Assembly: GCA_000708835.1 (NCBI GenBank) | Contig: DF237698.1 | Coordinates: 1-36,998 of the forward strand | Length of the DNA stretch: 36,998 nt | Direction of reading: 5' to 3' | DNA from: Klebsormidium nitens | Lineage: Eukaryota; Plantae; Klebsormidiophyceae | In this document: positions 1-11,000 of the stretch, one piece after another | How the letters are laid out: every line of letters starts with the position of its first letter | Numbering within the stretch: position 1 is the stretch's first letter | Translations under genes and position numbers: made by a program | The notes under the pieces: model-generated | What the model was told of the DNA's origin: nothing | The model's input: the letters and a program-made list of their open reading frames with translations, nothing else | Databases searched by the model: none

Positions 1-501
1 TATTGCATCAAATCCAAGATGCACATTGGAACATTGCATACATATCTAATATTCTCATGCATTATGCAGATTTAATGTCAGGGCCCCGGCGGGGGTTGGT
101 CATGAGGTCATCGGCAGGCTGGCAGGCCGCCGCAGCTGTGAGGGCCCAGCTGTCACAGCTGCACTGTGCACGGAAGACGTTCTGCAGCTAGCTAGCTGTG
201 TCACAGGCTAGCTAAAGCCTAAGAGTCGAGTAGGACTTAGGTAGTCAGAACTTGGAAGATAATACATCAGGCCGGCTCGTGACTTGATCTGCTGGCAAAT
301 TCCGAGTACAAAAGTCGCTCAATTTCATAACTTCCTCCACCAGTTGCCTCCACCAACCGCTTTCACCAACTTGAAGTTGCCTTCCAGCTCCATTAATCGC
401 AGCTTGCTTGAGCTCCCCTTCCTCCGCTGAAAGGCCCTTTGACCCGCCTTTGGAGTCCCCCAATCCCCAATCTCTACAGAGTCAGCTCAGCAAACTGCAC
501 A

Positions 502-3500
502 ATGGCCAGAACAAAGGTGACGCAGCAGGACCTTGAGAAGGTACGCAAAATGCTACACAAGACAACTCACATATTCCTGTCTGTCGAAAGCATATTTACC
601 TCTTGCACTGACTATATTGCATCGCAGGAAGAGTCGAAGCTACGGTGTGTCTTTTGCCGCTCACCTGCTGACAATTCTATCCAATATTCTTGCTCCACTT
701 CTGTGTTAAAAGCTACAGTCTAAATTGTCTAACTCTGAGAGCTGCCACTTCAACTCTGTTCTTCAGAAAATCGACATGAAAGGGTCTCCTCTCCTTCATG
801 AGTCTCAAGCACCGTTCGCCTGCAGAACCCTCCTTTGCAAGCGTGGACCGGCAATTTGTGCCAGATCAGGCCGATAATCAGGCAACATACTTCGCTCTGC
901 ACTCCCCTAGAATGTTTCTGTTCAACGTCGTTTGATAGAACTGCACCTGATCCAGAGCCTGTCTAACACTTGGCTCATCTTCTTCTGCAACAGGTGATGA
1001 ACGTGGACGACTGGCTGACTACAACAGATAGGGTTCGCAAGAGCAAGAACCTCCAAGACGCATGGGCGCACGGCGACACCGATTGTGCCTTCCGGATTAA
1101 CAACATCACGGGAATCCAGAGGTCGCGCAACGCCAATGACTGGAACTACTGGGGTGACATGTCTCAGGTGACTTGTTTGTGCAGCATTTAGATATTCCAT
1201 TCCTTGCACTTGAGCGTTCAGGGGGGCGCATCAGAAAGCTCCTGTATTGTTTGCTTTCTCAAGTTGCGCAAAACTTGAGTCATGGTGCATGTGTGAGACT
1301 CCCACCTTCCGCCGCAAGCCAAAACATCTCATTCCTAGCATTTGTTAAAAGAGGAATACACATGAATAAGTACAGATACCAGAAGAGAGCAGTGGCGCTA
1401 CATAACAGCCTTCTGAGTTTGGTTCCTTCCCTGTCTCGATTCAAGGCTTTCCTTAAGATCTGAAACCGGTAAGATGCTTCAAATCGAGGAGGTTTCAACA
1501 AGTGGCCTTTGCATTCATGAACGCGCTTCACAGTCTTTGAACACGCGCATCAAAGAGGCTGGCTGTCAAAAAAGTGGTAATTACCAGAATTTGTTTACCA
1601 GATCATGTAAAAGTGCGGCCGTGTGTGCATTAAAAAACTTCTCATTTGCCCTGCAGATACAAGACGACAAGGGTGATGACTTTGGGACGTACCTCAACTT
1701 CAAGTTGGAGAAAAAAAGAGTTGAGATCATTTTCGATCAGATGCCCCAGGTCACTGCTGAGCGCAGCAAGGTAACACATCGACACGTGTAGAATGTCTCA
1801 TTTCAGCTTGTGTTCAAGATCACACTTATAAACCCGACGACAAATTTACATACTGCGCAGCCAGAGTACTCACCCTACTGATCGTCACCAACCTCTGTCG
1901 TTCACGTTTTTCATGACTGAAGGCTTGATTTACGCAGCCTGACGGGCCTTGCACTCCAATACCTAGTAACCAGACCAGTCTTTGAGAAGCCAACGTCTTC
2001 ATAAAGCATACGATATGCATCACCTCAAACAAAGGGATGGAACATCCAGTTCGTATGCATTTTCGCAGAATTGAAGGCCCTCATGCCCATGCTGAGAACA
2101 GCACGAGCATTCTTATCAAGCACTTGTGTAATTACAAATCCATGCTTTTTCAGGCCCGCACTTTCCAGATACAGAGGGCGACCGCTGAAATGAAGTAGTA
2201 ATTGTCCACCCTAAGTCACATGTGTTGCTTTTCCAACCAGGATCATTCATTCCAGATGGTAACCGGTCTGCTGGCTCAGATGGTGTCATCTCAGACGCTG
2301 GGCACATCAAACCTCTTGCAATATTCTGTGCAGGTTTATAACAACACGAGTATTGGTTCCTCAGACATCAATTACGAGTACACGGAGACGGAGTCCACTA
2401 CGGTGAGGAAGGACGTTGAAATTTCCAACCGCGTGTCCATGACAATGGAAGCTGGAGTTGAGGTCGGCGGCTTCAGCGTCAAGATCAGCTCAACCTCAGA
2501 GCAGACTAAGGTGAGTGGCAGCTCAGCCCTGAGATTCAAATATACATCCGGGGTGGGCCATTGAAGGTCTCATAACAAGTAGGCGGCTCGTGCTTTCTTT
2601 GGGGGCCCTGCCATAAGCCATTGTGATCAATTCCTGTTATTCAGTTCTTGCACCTAAAAAGCACCGGAGGGCAACTATTTGGACCCTCTTCTTTGAGTCG
2701 TTTTTGATGTCGACCTTTGGTCTCAGACTGGGCCATCATTTGGTGAAAAAGTACACGTACGCACAGTGGTGCAGAAACTTGTATCGTGCAACCGCTGCGT
2801 CAACACGTCAGTGCACAAATCTACAGAATTGCAACTCAATTGACCACTCGTCGAGAGATTGCTTCGGTGACTCTTGAAGGTGGTCAAGAAACGCTGTACG
2901 TCACATATCGAACAGTCAAAGCATTCCACGTACTGAGTTGCAATTACTTTTGTTACAGGCGACCGTGGATAGTACGACCAGAACCGTCGAGAAGTCGGAC
3001 AAGGTTTGGGGCACCGTTGCTGCCGGGAAGTATTTGGAGGTGCACACCGTCAAGTCGGTTGGAGAGAAGCGATACCGTGTCAAGTGAGCTTGACTGATCC
3101 ATTGTTCCAGGAGCTCCGCTCAAGATGCTCGGCCGCATCATCCGGTTTCTTCTTTTCTGCTTTATTTTCGCTTCACTCTAGTTGGTGAGGGTTGCATGCT
3201 TTTGCCGCCTCTTTGTTTATCCCCCCGGGCCTTGAAAATGGCCTTCCGTCCGGCATATTGCCGGCAGTCTCCTTAAGTATAGTAAACAGCTTGATGCAGA
3301 TAGTGCTCGGGAGCAGGATTCAGTTCGACACAAACCTTAATCTAGCTGCGTGGCTTTTACGTTGGGCGCAGACCCCTGCATTTAGAACCTGTGCCCATTG
3401 AAAGATCCTTAAAAAACAAGATCCTTAAAAATCCTGAATTTGGATTACGCTCAGAGCTCACACAGCCGGAGAAGCGCCGTAGGGACGTCTGCCTGCTTTC

Positions 3501-3812
3501 GGACTTCTGATCAGTGAGCTTGCGAATCTAGACGTGGGGCCTGTGCTAGCCTTGGGGTGAAATCTCTTGTTTGCCGATTCTTGCAGGATTCCCGTTGTCA
3601 TGGAAGGGTGGGTCGGTCTCTGCTCGGCCAATGACCAAGGTACCTTTGTTCCATACCCTCTGTACGACTTTGTGGATGAGAAGAGGCTTACGCGCTGGAT
3701 CACGTTCGACATGTTTGTGGAATCTACAAGCTATATGGTGAAGACCTACACCGAGCCGACGAACCTAAGCGTCAGCGAGGAGGCAGTCAAGAAGGAGTTC
3801 CTCAGTGCCTAG
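502..3812 (+). CDS. Aerolysin-like beta-pore-forming protein, ETX/MTX2-type; 6 exons, 310 aa
   Basis: Exons 502-540, 994-1167, 1657-1770, 2256-2510, 2959-3083 and 3587-3812 join in frame through GT-AG introns. The protein contains a Ser/Thr-rich beta region flanking an alternating amphipathic hairpin (NNTSIGSSDINYEYTETESTTVRKDVEISNRVSMTMEAGVEVGGFSVKISSTSEQTKATVDSTTRTVEKSDKVWGTV...RVKIPVVMEG), the ETX/MTX2 pattern. Family call is by pattern recall. An alternative exon-4 acceptor at 2240 is also in frame. Confidence 0.8.
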
Positions 3813-5007
3813 TGTTGGCAAAGGCTGGGCTTAACGTCGAACCTTGACTTTGTAGACGAGGTAAAGTCATTGATTGGAAGGTACTGATCTTGTGTTAGAC
3901 TTCAGGGTAGGCCCGCTGACCGTTTCACTGACAATTAGGAGCTGAGTTTGTACCACCCTTGGTCAGTGATGGCGCATTCGTGACGACGAACATTCACTAG
4001 GTCGAGAACTCTCGATAGAGTGAGACGCTTCGTAAATAGAAGACAAGACATACATAGTGGCTAATCCATTCAAAACCATTAGACATTCCTACTTAGATTT
4101 GATTGAACTTTACTAAGTCGGCATGCGCGCCATGGACTGGACATACTCAGCATGACTCATGTCGATTGATAGCGTGTAAGAAGAGGAGTTTGATGAGGCA
4201 AGTACTCATTCTTCCATTCTCGGATGCATCTCACTTTTCTGGCTAATACCAAAGTATATTCGTTGCTAACTTCAGTGAGCTTCGCATGCATGACACATGC
4301 ACGCAAGGGATCGCATAAGCACATTGGATGCAAACGGCTTTTCTAGTTCTAGCCAAAAAGAAATGATCGAGGACGGACATGGCATACTTGGAGCTTGCAT
4401 GCAAGCCAACGCTTTCTGTTTTTTGGTGAGTGCCGCACCTATTCTACTCCATCTCAGAACTTAGATCTTTCTTGCGCAGTCGATCAATTGTCGATCGGTC
4501 GATCAAGTGTGGCATATAGTAGGCGTATGATCGACGGCGACATACTGGCCGGACCTAAGCAGAGAGCCGCTATAGTATAGGGAGCAACAATCATGCGGTT
4601 CCAGAAATTGTAAGCACGTTGCATACTGTTCAAATGATTTTCCGACGGTTAAGCTAGTCCATCGCAGTAAGTGAAGCATTCATCATGGCATATGAAGCCT
4701 TATTGAAGCACGGCCACCTGGCATATCATGTTGTCCCATCGAGCACGTATGGACATGAGATCTGGTTGAAAGTATCTGGAGAGGCGTTCCATTGAATGTT
4801 CAGGGATGGCCTCATCACACGGGACAGAAAGCTGTCAACCCCGGAGCTGGGCAGCTGCCACACACAGCGATCCCAAATTGAGGCCTTGGCTTCTTTTACA
4901 AGGATTATCGTCCACTTGTCCACAGTACCCTCAATCTTCAAGACAATACGACTTCCGCATAGGAGTGCTAGGCAGTCCCTACTACTCAAACGCCTCAACC
5001 GCGTCAA

Positions 5008-8000
5008 TCAGCTTCTATCTGCGTTGCAGACCGAGCACATCTTTCTCCCCGGGCTGTTCTCCAGAGTGCACCTCTCACAGCTCCATCTGCCTGAAGCTTC
5101 CCCTTCCGAAACAGTGCCCATGACGTCATCTGCGGCCTTGTCCGGAAGTTGCCGAGCTTCGGAAGATCCATCGCCGTCCGCAGAACCGGAGCCGTCCGCA
5201 TCTTTCATGTCCGTATCTTGGACGCCCTCGCCGGCGGAGTAGTCTGACGTGGCGCCCCCCCATAGGCCCGTGCCCCGAAATCCGTTCTCCATCTTGCCCG
5301 CCTCCTCCGCAGGTTCGAAACACTCTGAGAAGGGCGGATGCGTCAGAATGATGTAACTTCGTCGTTTTCATTTCCTATTGTGAATGCGAACTCGACACAA
5401 ACCGATCAAAGCCTCGTGTCTCGACGACCACCTTTGAAATAGGTCAAAGTGACAAAGTGGAATAAGGTCGTTTGCTTCGGGGAGGGAGGCTCTAAAGTAC
5501 GACCAATGTAAACAAAAAGGCGTCACTTTTGCAGTGTCCGTGAATCAGATGACGGTTTCTAAGATATGAAACATATATTGCTCGCTTGGCCAAAGTATGC
5601 TCCCCCGCACGCCGGTCCTGCCAAGCTTATGTAGAAGACAATTACATTAGAACCAAAACCAGTACAAAGCCTGATCAATAATACCCCAAATGACTCTACT
5701 TCAATGGATCCTGGTATGATGTGGCAGTTTAAAAAAAAAATGTGGTTCTCACACTTGCTAACTGCTTACTCTCCCCAACCTAACTGGCAAAACATTCCCT
5801 TCTCGGAAACGTCCTTCCCAGAGACACATCTCCCCGACATAGTGCCGAAGACTGACTGGCACGAAAGAGCTATTCGTCCAGCTCGAATAGCAGGATGGTT
5901 ATCGATGAAGTATGGGCAAAGTAGCTGGCAAGGACATTCCATACGCAGGTCAAACAAGGACACGTCGCTTCTTAGATGGTCTTGGGCACCCTGGATCTGA
6001 GGCCATGTCACAAACCGCAGTCAGGCACAGTACAGAGAAGGTGGAACAATGTGGCTTCTTCACAACCTTTGCCTGGGACATGAGAGCCCCAGAGCCTGAC
6101 GTCATCATTGCCACGTGCCAGCTTACAAGCAGGGCAATGTCAGCACGTGTTGTTAAAATACAGGCGTGTGGAAAGGCAGGACTCAATTTAATTTGGAGGA
6201 TCTAGAAAACAGCTCGATCGTTTGAAAACCGTGCCCTGCAAGCTGGACGAGGGAAACACCGAGACTCGCGCACCTACGAAAGTCGAACGTATCGGATAGA
6301 AGCACAAGCGTCTGTTTACGCCGTAAGCTTCCATGTTGCCACCTTTCTCGATCTAGACCCTTGCAGAAGTGCGTCTTCATACCGGGACAAATCGTCAATG
6401 GTTTCATCTCAATTCTGAACCGAACCATATGTGTTAAGCCCAACGTTGCCAACAATCATCAAGAGCTAATTTCTGGTTGAAAAGGAGAGATAGACCTGGC
6501 GACAAACTCACCAACGATATCCCGGTTGTCATGCTCGCCCGTGTTGATGAGCCAGAGGCGGGAGTTAGCAACGATCCCGTAATCCGCCAAGATCTTATCA
6601 TCCTCGTCCAGCTCACTTTTCAGGAAACCTAGCCGCTGGTTCTGGGAGTCAACCTGCGAACATCAAAAAAAAAGACTCAGCTACTAATAAGTATGTTCCA
6701 AATAAGCCCTCAAGATCAGCATCGGCATCCTCAGCGGATCTTGGAACATAACAAAATTCGTCCAACAAGGATAACGAGGCATCGGATTTAGAGTGTACTG
6801 CCCATGGACGTCAATTGCATGGCTCGACTGTATGCACGCTAGATCCGAAGTTTCATAGCCAGACAAATTTTCGTGAACCCGGCACCAAAGCTGAGGCCAC
6901 ACTGGCACTTCCACAGAAATCCAAGTTGGAATCGGAGACTTCTGGGTTAAATATCCCAAGTATTAGTGTCTACCTTGGAAATGTCGTGCAGCGGACTTAG
7001 GTTTTAAGTTCGCAAGAACGCTCCTTCCTTCAACAAATGCAAAGATACAGAATCGCACCTCCATCCTCTCCCATATGGTCATCTTGAGGTCCTTCACCGT
7101 CGTGTCTGCATTCACTTTGACGGTCATCCTCCCCCCTCTGACGGCGGAAACCTTCCGCACGCGCCGAGACCGCCGCTCGCCCTCGCCGCCTGCGCCGGTG
7201 ACGTGAGCAGGGGGGTCGGGACCGGGGAACAGTTCGACGATGATCTCCTGTTGTCGGTACGAGAGGCGCTCTGCGAGTTCCTGGTCCAGGCGCTCCTTGT
7301 AGCAGGCCTCGCACACCTGCGGACGGAAACGGAACGGAACCGGAATGAGGACGGAGTGAGGATGAGTGACGTGAACAGGGGGGTCGGGCCTGGGAACAGT
7401 TCGACAATGATCTCCTGTTGTCGGTACGAGAGGCGCTCTGCGAGTTCCTGGTCGAGGCGCTCCTTGTAGCAGGCCTCGCAAACCTGCGGAAACGGAACGG
7501 AACGGAAACGGAATGAAACCGGACGGGAGCGGAGCAAAGGAGAGGACGGTAGAGGGATTTGACAATGATTTCCTAATGCCAGTACGAGAGGCGCTCCACA
7601 ATTCCTGGTCGAGGCGCTCCTTGTAGCAGGCCTCGCACACATGCGAACGAAACGGAACGGAAACGGAATGAGACCGGAATGTCAACGGACAGAAATAGAC
7701 GATGGACTAAAGAGGATTGGTACGAGCGGCGCTCCACGAGTTCCTGGTCGAGGCGCTCCTTGTAGCAGGCCTCGCACACCTGCGGACTGAACGGAACGAG
7801 AACGAGATGAGACCGGAACAGGAGCGGAGAAGGAAACGAATGGAGAGCGGAGGGGAAATAATTAGAATCCAGTTGCCAGTAAGAAGGCGCTGCGCGAGTT
7901 CTTCGTCCAGGCGCTTCTTGTACCAGGCCTCGCGGACGGATGGAACAGAACGGCATCAAAGGGAGGACGGAATAAAGACGAAGGCCGAAAGAAGGAAAAG

Positions 8001-11000
8001 GGCTTCGGAAAGCACTATTCACGGTAGCAGGCCTCAGGCAACTGCGGGCGGACCGGAATGGAATGTGGACAGACGAAGAAGCGCCTTCTGCGATTTAGAG
8101 GCCAGGCCCTGTACTTGGTCACGTCTGGTGCGTTGACGCGAAGGAGCCTTTCTGTCTTCTATAGAGTCCCGTTCCGTCCCGTCGAGTTTTGGAGCGTCTT
8201 TTGACAAATCTCTCTCCAAAGCAGGTGCTGCTACTTCCCAAACGGCGGACGGGTCCCAAAGTTTGTTCTAGAGCTGCCTTAAGGACAGCAGAAAGAAGAG
8301 AGAGGTGCGAGAGTCTGGACGGGTGCGGCAAATTCCTCAGAAGCGAACCGGGTCACAAGGTTCCTTGCAGAGCCGCCTTACGGGCAGCAAAACGAATTCG
8401 AGGAATGTACTCTTTCTTGACGGAGAAATACCGACGCCCTTATCAGAAGTCACATCTTAGGCGAAGACTTGCAGATTGGCGTGCATTCTCACCTCTGGTA
8501 CCGTCTTCAACCGGGGCACACAAGCCGGCTTGGCAGCCTCTTTCGTATCTGATTCTTTCGGCACTTCCGACTTTGGTTCAGGAGGCCCCACAACCGCAGT
8601 GATCTCCCTGGAGGAGTGCCACCGTTGCTGGAGCTGTCGCCAGTCGTTCTCTGACACCACGGTCAGAGCGGAGTCCTGCGGAAGGTGACGAGCAGTAAGC
8701 GGTGTTAAAAGGAAGGAGCTCCGTCGGTTGACACACATTTTCGGTAAAAAGGTGTCGCAGAAGCGCGCTTGGCCGCTTGGTAGATTGAAAGAAGGGTGCA
8801 GCCCTAGGCGTCAAAAGGCATGGAGCGGTGTCAGGAAAGACAAAATGGTAAAACTCGCCTTCTCCTGCTTGCAGTGCATGATTCGGATCGACACGCTTTG
8901 TTTCTGTTGAAATGTACGTCGATACTTCGAAACTGGGCCCTCGCAACTTCCAGTTTACAGAACCCAAACCTCCGGTCATCCGTGTCTGTACTTTTCGATT
9001 TGCCCACTAAACCTTACTTCGCCTCGGCGGGACTGAGGAAAACAAGACGCTAGGCACACAAACGAGCAGCTTAACAATGACACCATGCGCTCGCAACGAT
9101 GCGAAGTAGCAAAATTGCTGGCGAGTGTAACCACCTTAAAAACGGGAGACAACGAGGCAAGCAACTTCCGAAGCTTCCCACCAACGAAAATGCACTTGAA
9201 TATGTAATCTCGAAACCTGCACTGGCTGTGGCGGGCTTCTAATGCTGAAACCCTCGGAACCAAAACTCGAAAACCCAAGAAGCAAACAGATCTTGCCTCA
9301 CCTTTTGTTCCTGAACCAGGTCGTTCTTCCGCTGCACCAGCTCCGGCGGGCGCACCGCCAATTCCCCGTGCTTGCAGAACACCGCCGCCAGTGCTTCGTC
9401 CAAAGGGGGCGGCTCTCCAATCACGTCCAGAGTTTTGCCGGTCGCCCCCAAGTAGTCGCGCCAGCTGTCCAGCCATTTGGAGGGCACCAGGAACGCATTC
9501 ACACTCTCGGTGAGGGGCAACGGCCGCCCGGCGAAGAGGGCTTCGAGCGCCGCTTTCTCTGCAAGCTTGCCGCTCCTGCAAAGGCAGATTGATTGCCAAT
9601 ATTACAAGACATATATCCAAATCAGTTGCATCATCTGTTTGACAAACGAAGTCGCTCCCACTGTGCTGATGGATCAGGGTGTTTGCTGAGACCAGCTGCC
9701 AATAATGTATTCGGCCCTTCTGTGAGAAGACGCACCAACCAGATTCGGTCAGGTCTTTGGTTATTCTCGTGAGCCTGTTCAACATGTGTAGAGTTGCAAC
9801 ATCATACGTCTACTTCCGATCAATCTGCCAGCTGCAGTGGATAATGTATGGTAAGTTAGTGAGTTCGCTGCTCACGATTAGTCCATTGTATTAGTCCATT
9901 GTAGTGGCCACTGAAACTGGCAAGTTACTTGAATAAATCTCTAAGTCAAAAGCGTCGAAAGATATTGCAGCGTCCTCACTTGAGCCCTTCCCGGTTGGAC
10001 ATTTCTTCGCCCAGTTCCACGCTACACGTGGCACACTCCAGCGTGTTCACCGTCATCTCCCAGTGCCCCGGGTCGTTCGTGCCGGCCACTTCTTCCGCCA
10101 CCTCCTGAACGTAGTCCCAAAATTCCCCCGACACTAATTGCCGCTTGGCTCCTGGCGCAAACTCCGGCTTCAGCATCTCGTGCTTGCACCGCAGCGCAGC
10201 GGTAGGGCCCTTGTCGGCGTCTGAGGGGGCGTCAACCAATCGCCGCCGTTGCCATTGCGCCAGCCTGAAGGAGGGGGATGCGAATGCAATCATGCTTGAG
10301 ATGTGAGTGCAGGCGCGCGATGTGAAGCGAAGAAGGCAGTTATAGCCTACTTATATACCCTTCAGGTTTTGCAACTTGACTTTCAATTCAATCTAATTTG
10401 AGCAATAGGAGCGCAGATACGCTCAATGAGCGACGACAAGGTCAACCTTTTAAGAATTATAAGCGGAATCCCAAAGAAGGACAAACCAAGGGACTGCAAA
10501 GCGATCCAGCTTCTCAAACAGAGGAAATCAAAGTCATTGTCGAAGCCGGTCACACAAAATGAGGACCCCAGCACGTCCTTCCATCTGCTGCCAGGAAGGA
10601 ACGGCGTCTAATCAAAATGACCTTGCCCAACCAACTGCGTTGTCAAGTGACTAGGGTGGGACGACCGTCAACGACCAAAAGGCGTCGGATAAACGCCTAC
10701 CCAATTCCTTACTTACCACTGCTTGGACACGTAGTGCGTCCCCGGGGCCCCGAGCGCCAGCTCCTGCTCCAGCCGTTCCCGCATCAGCGTCCGTCGCGTC
10801 CGGAAACTGTCCGCCGACTGCGCCGCGCTCGCGTCCTGCCGTATACACTCGACGCAGCACTCCTCGCCGGTCAGCTCCGGTCCGCCCCCGTACCGCTCGT
10901 CCAGTTCCGCCCAGGTCACTTTGTTGATCCGTTTCATGAGCGGAACGCTCCGGGGCGGAACGCCCTCGTGCTCGCACAGCAGCGGCGTGTTGTCGATCGG

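Noticed and set aside
245-463. Minus-strand 72-aa ORF upstream of the toxin-like gene
   Set aside because: It starts at a non-ATG codon, has no recognisable motif or splice support, and lies in the upstream region of the plus-strand gene.
5868-5890. Hairpin gctattcg-tccagct-cgaatagc in the last UBP26 intron as a transposon or ncRNA signal
   Set aside because: It is only an 8-bp stem, with no matching termini or snoRNA boxes found nearby.
7200-8062. Regularly spaced repeats as a CRISPR array, or ORFs 6963-7685, 7124-7642 and 7573-8022 as separate genes
   Set aside because: The units are 110-170-nt copies of a host splice acceptor plus exon with graded decay, and no cas genes are present. The ORFs are by-products of the duplicated exon.
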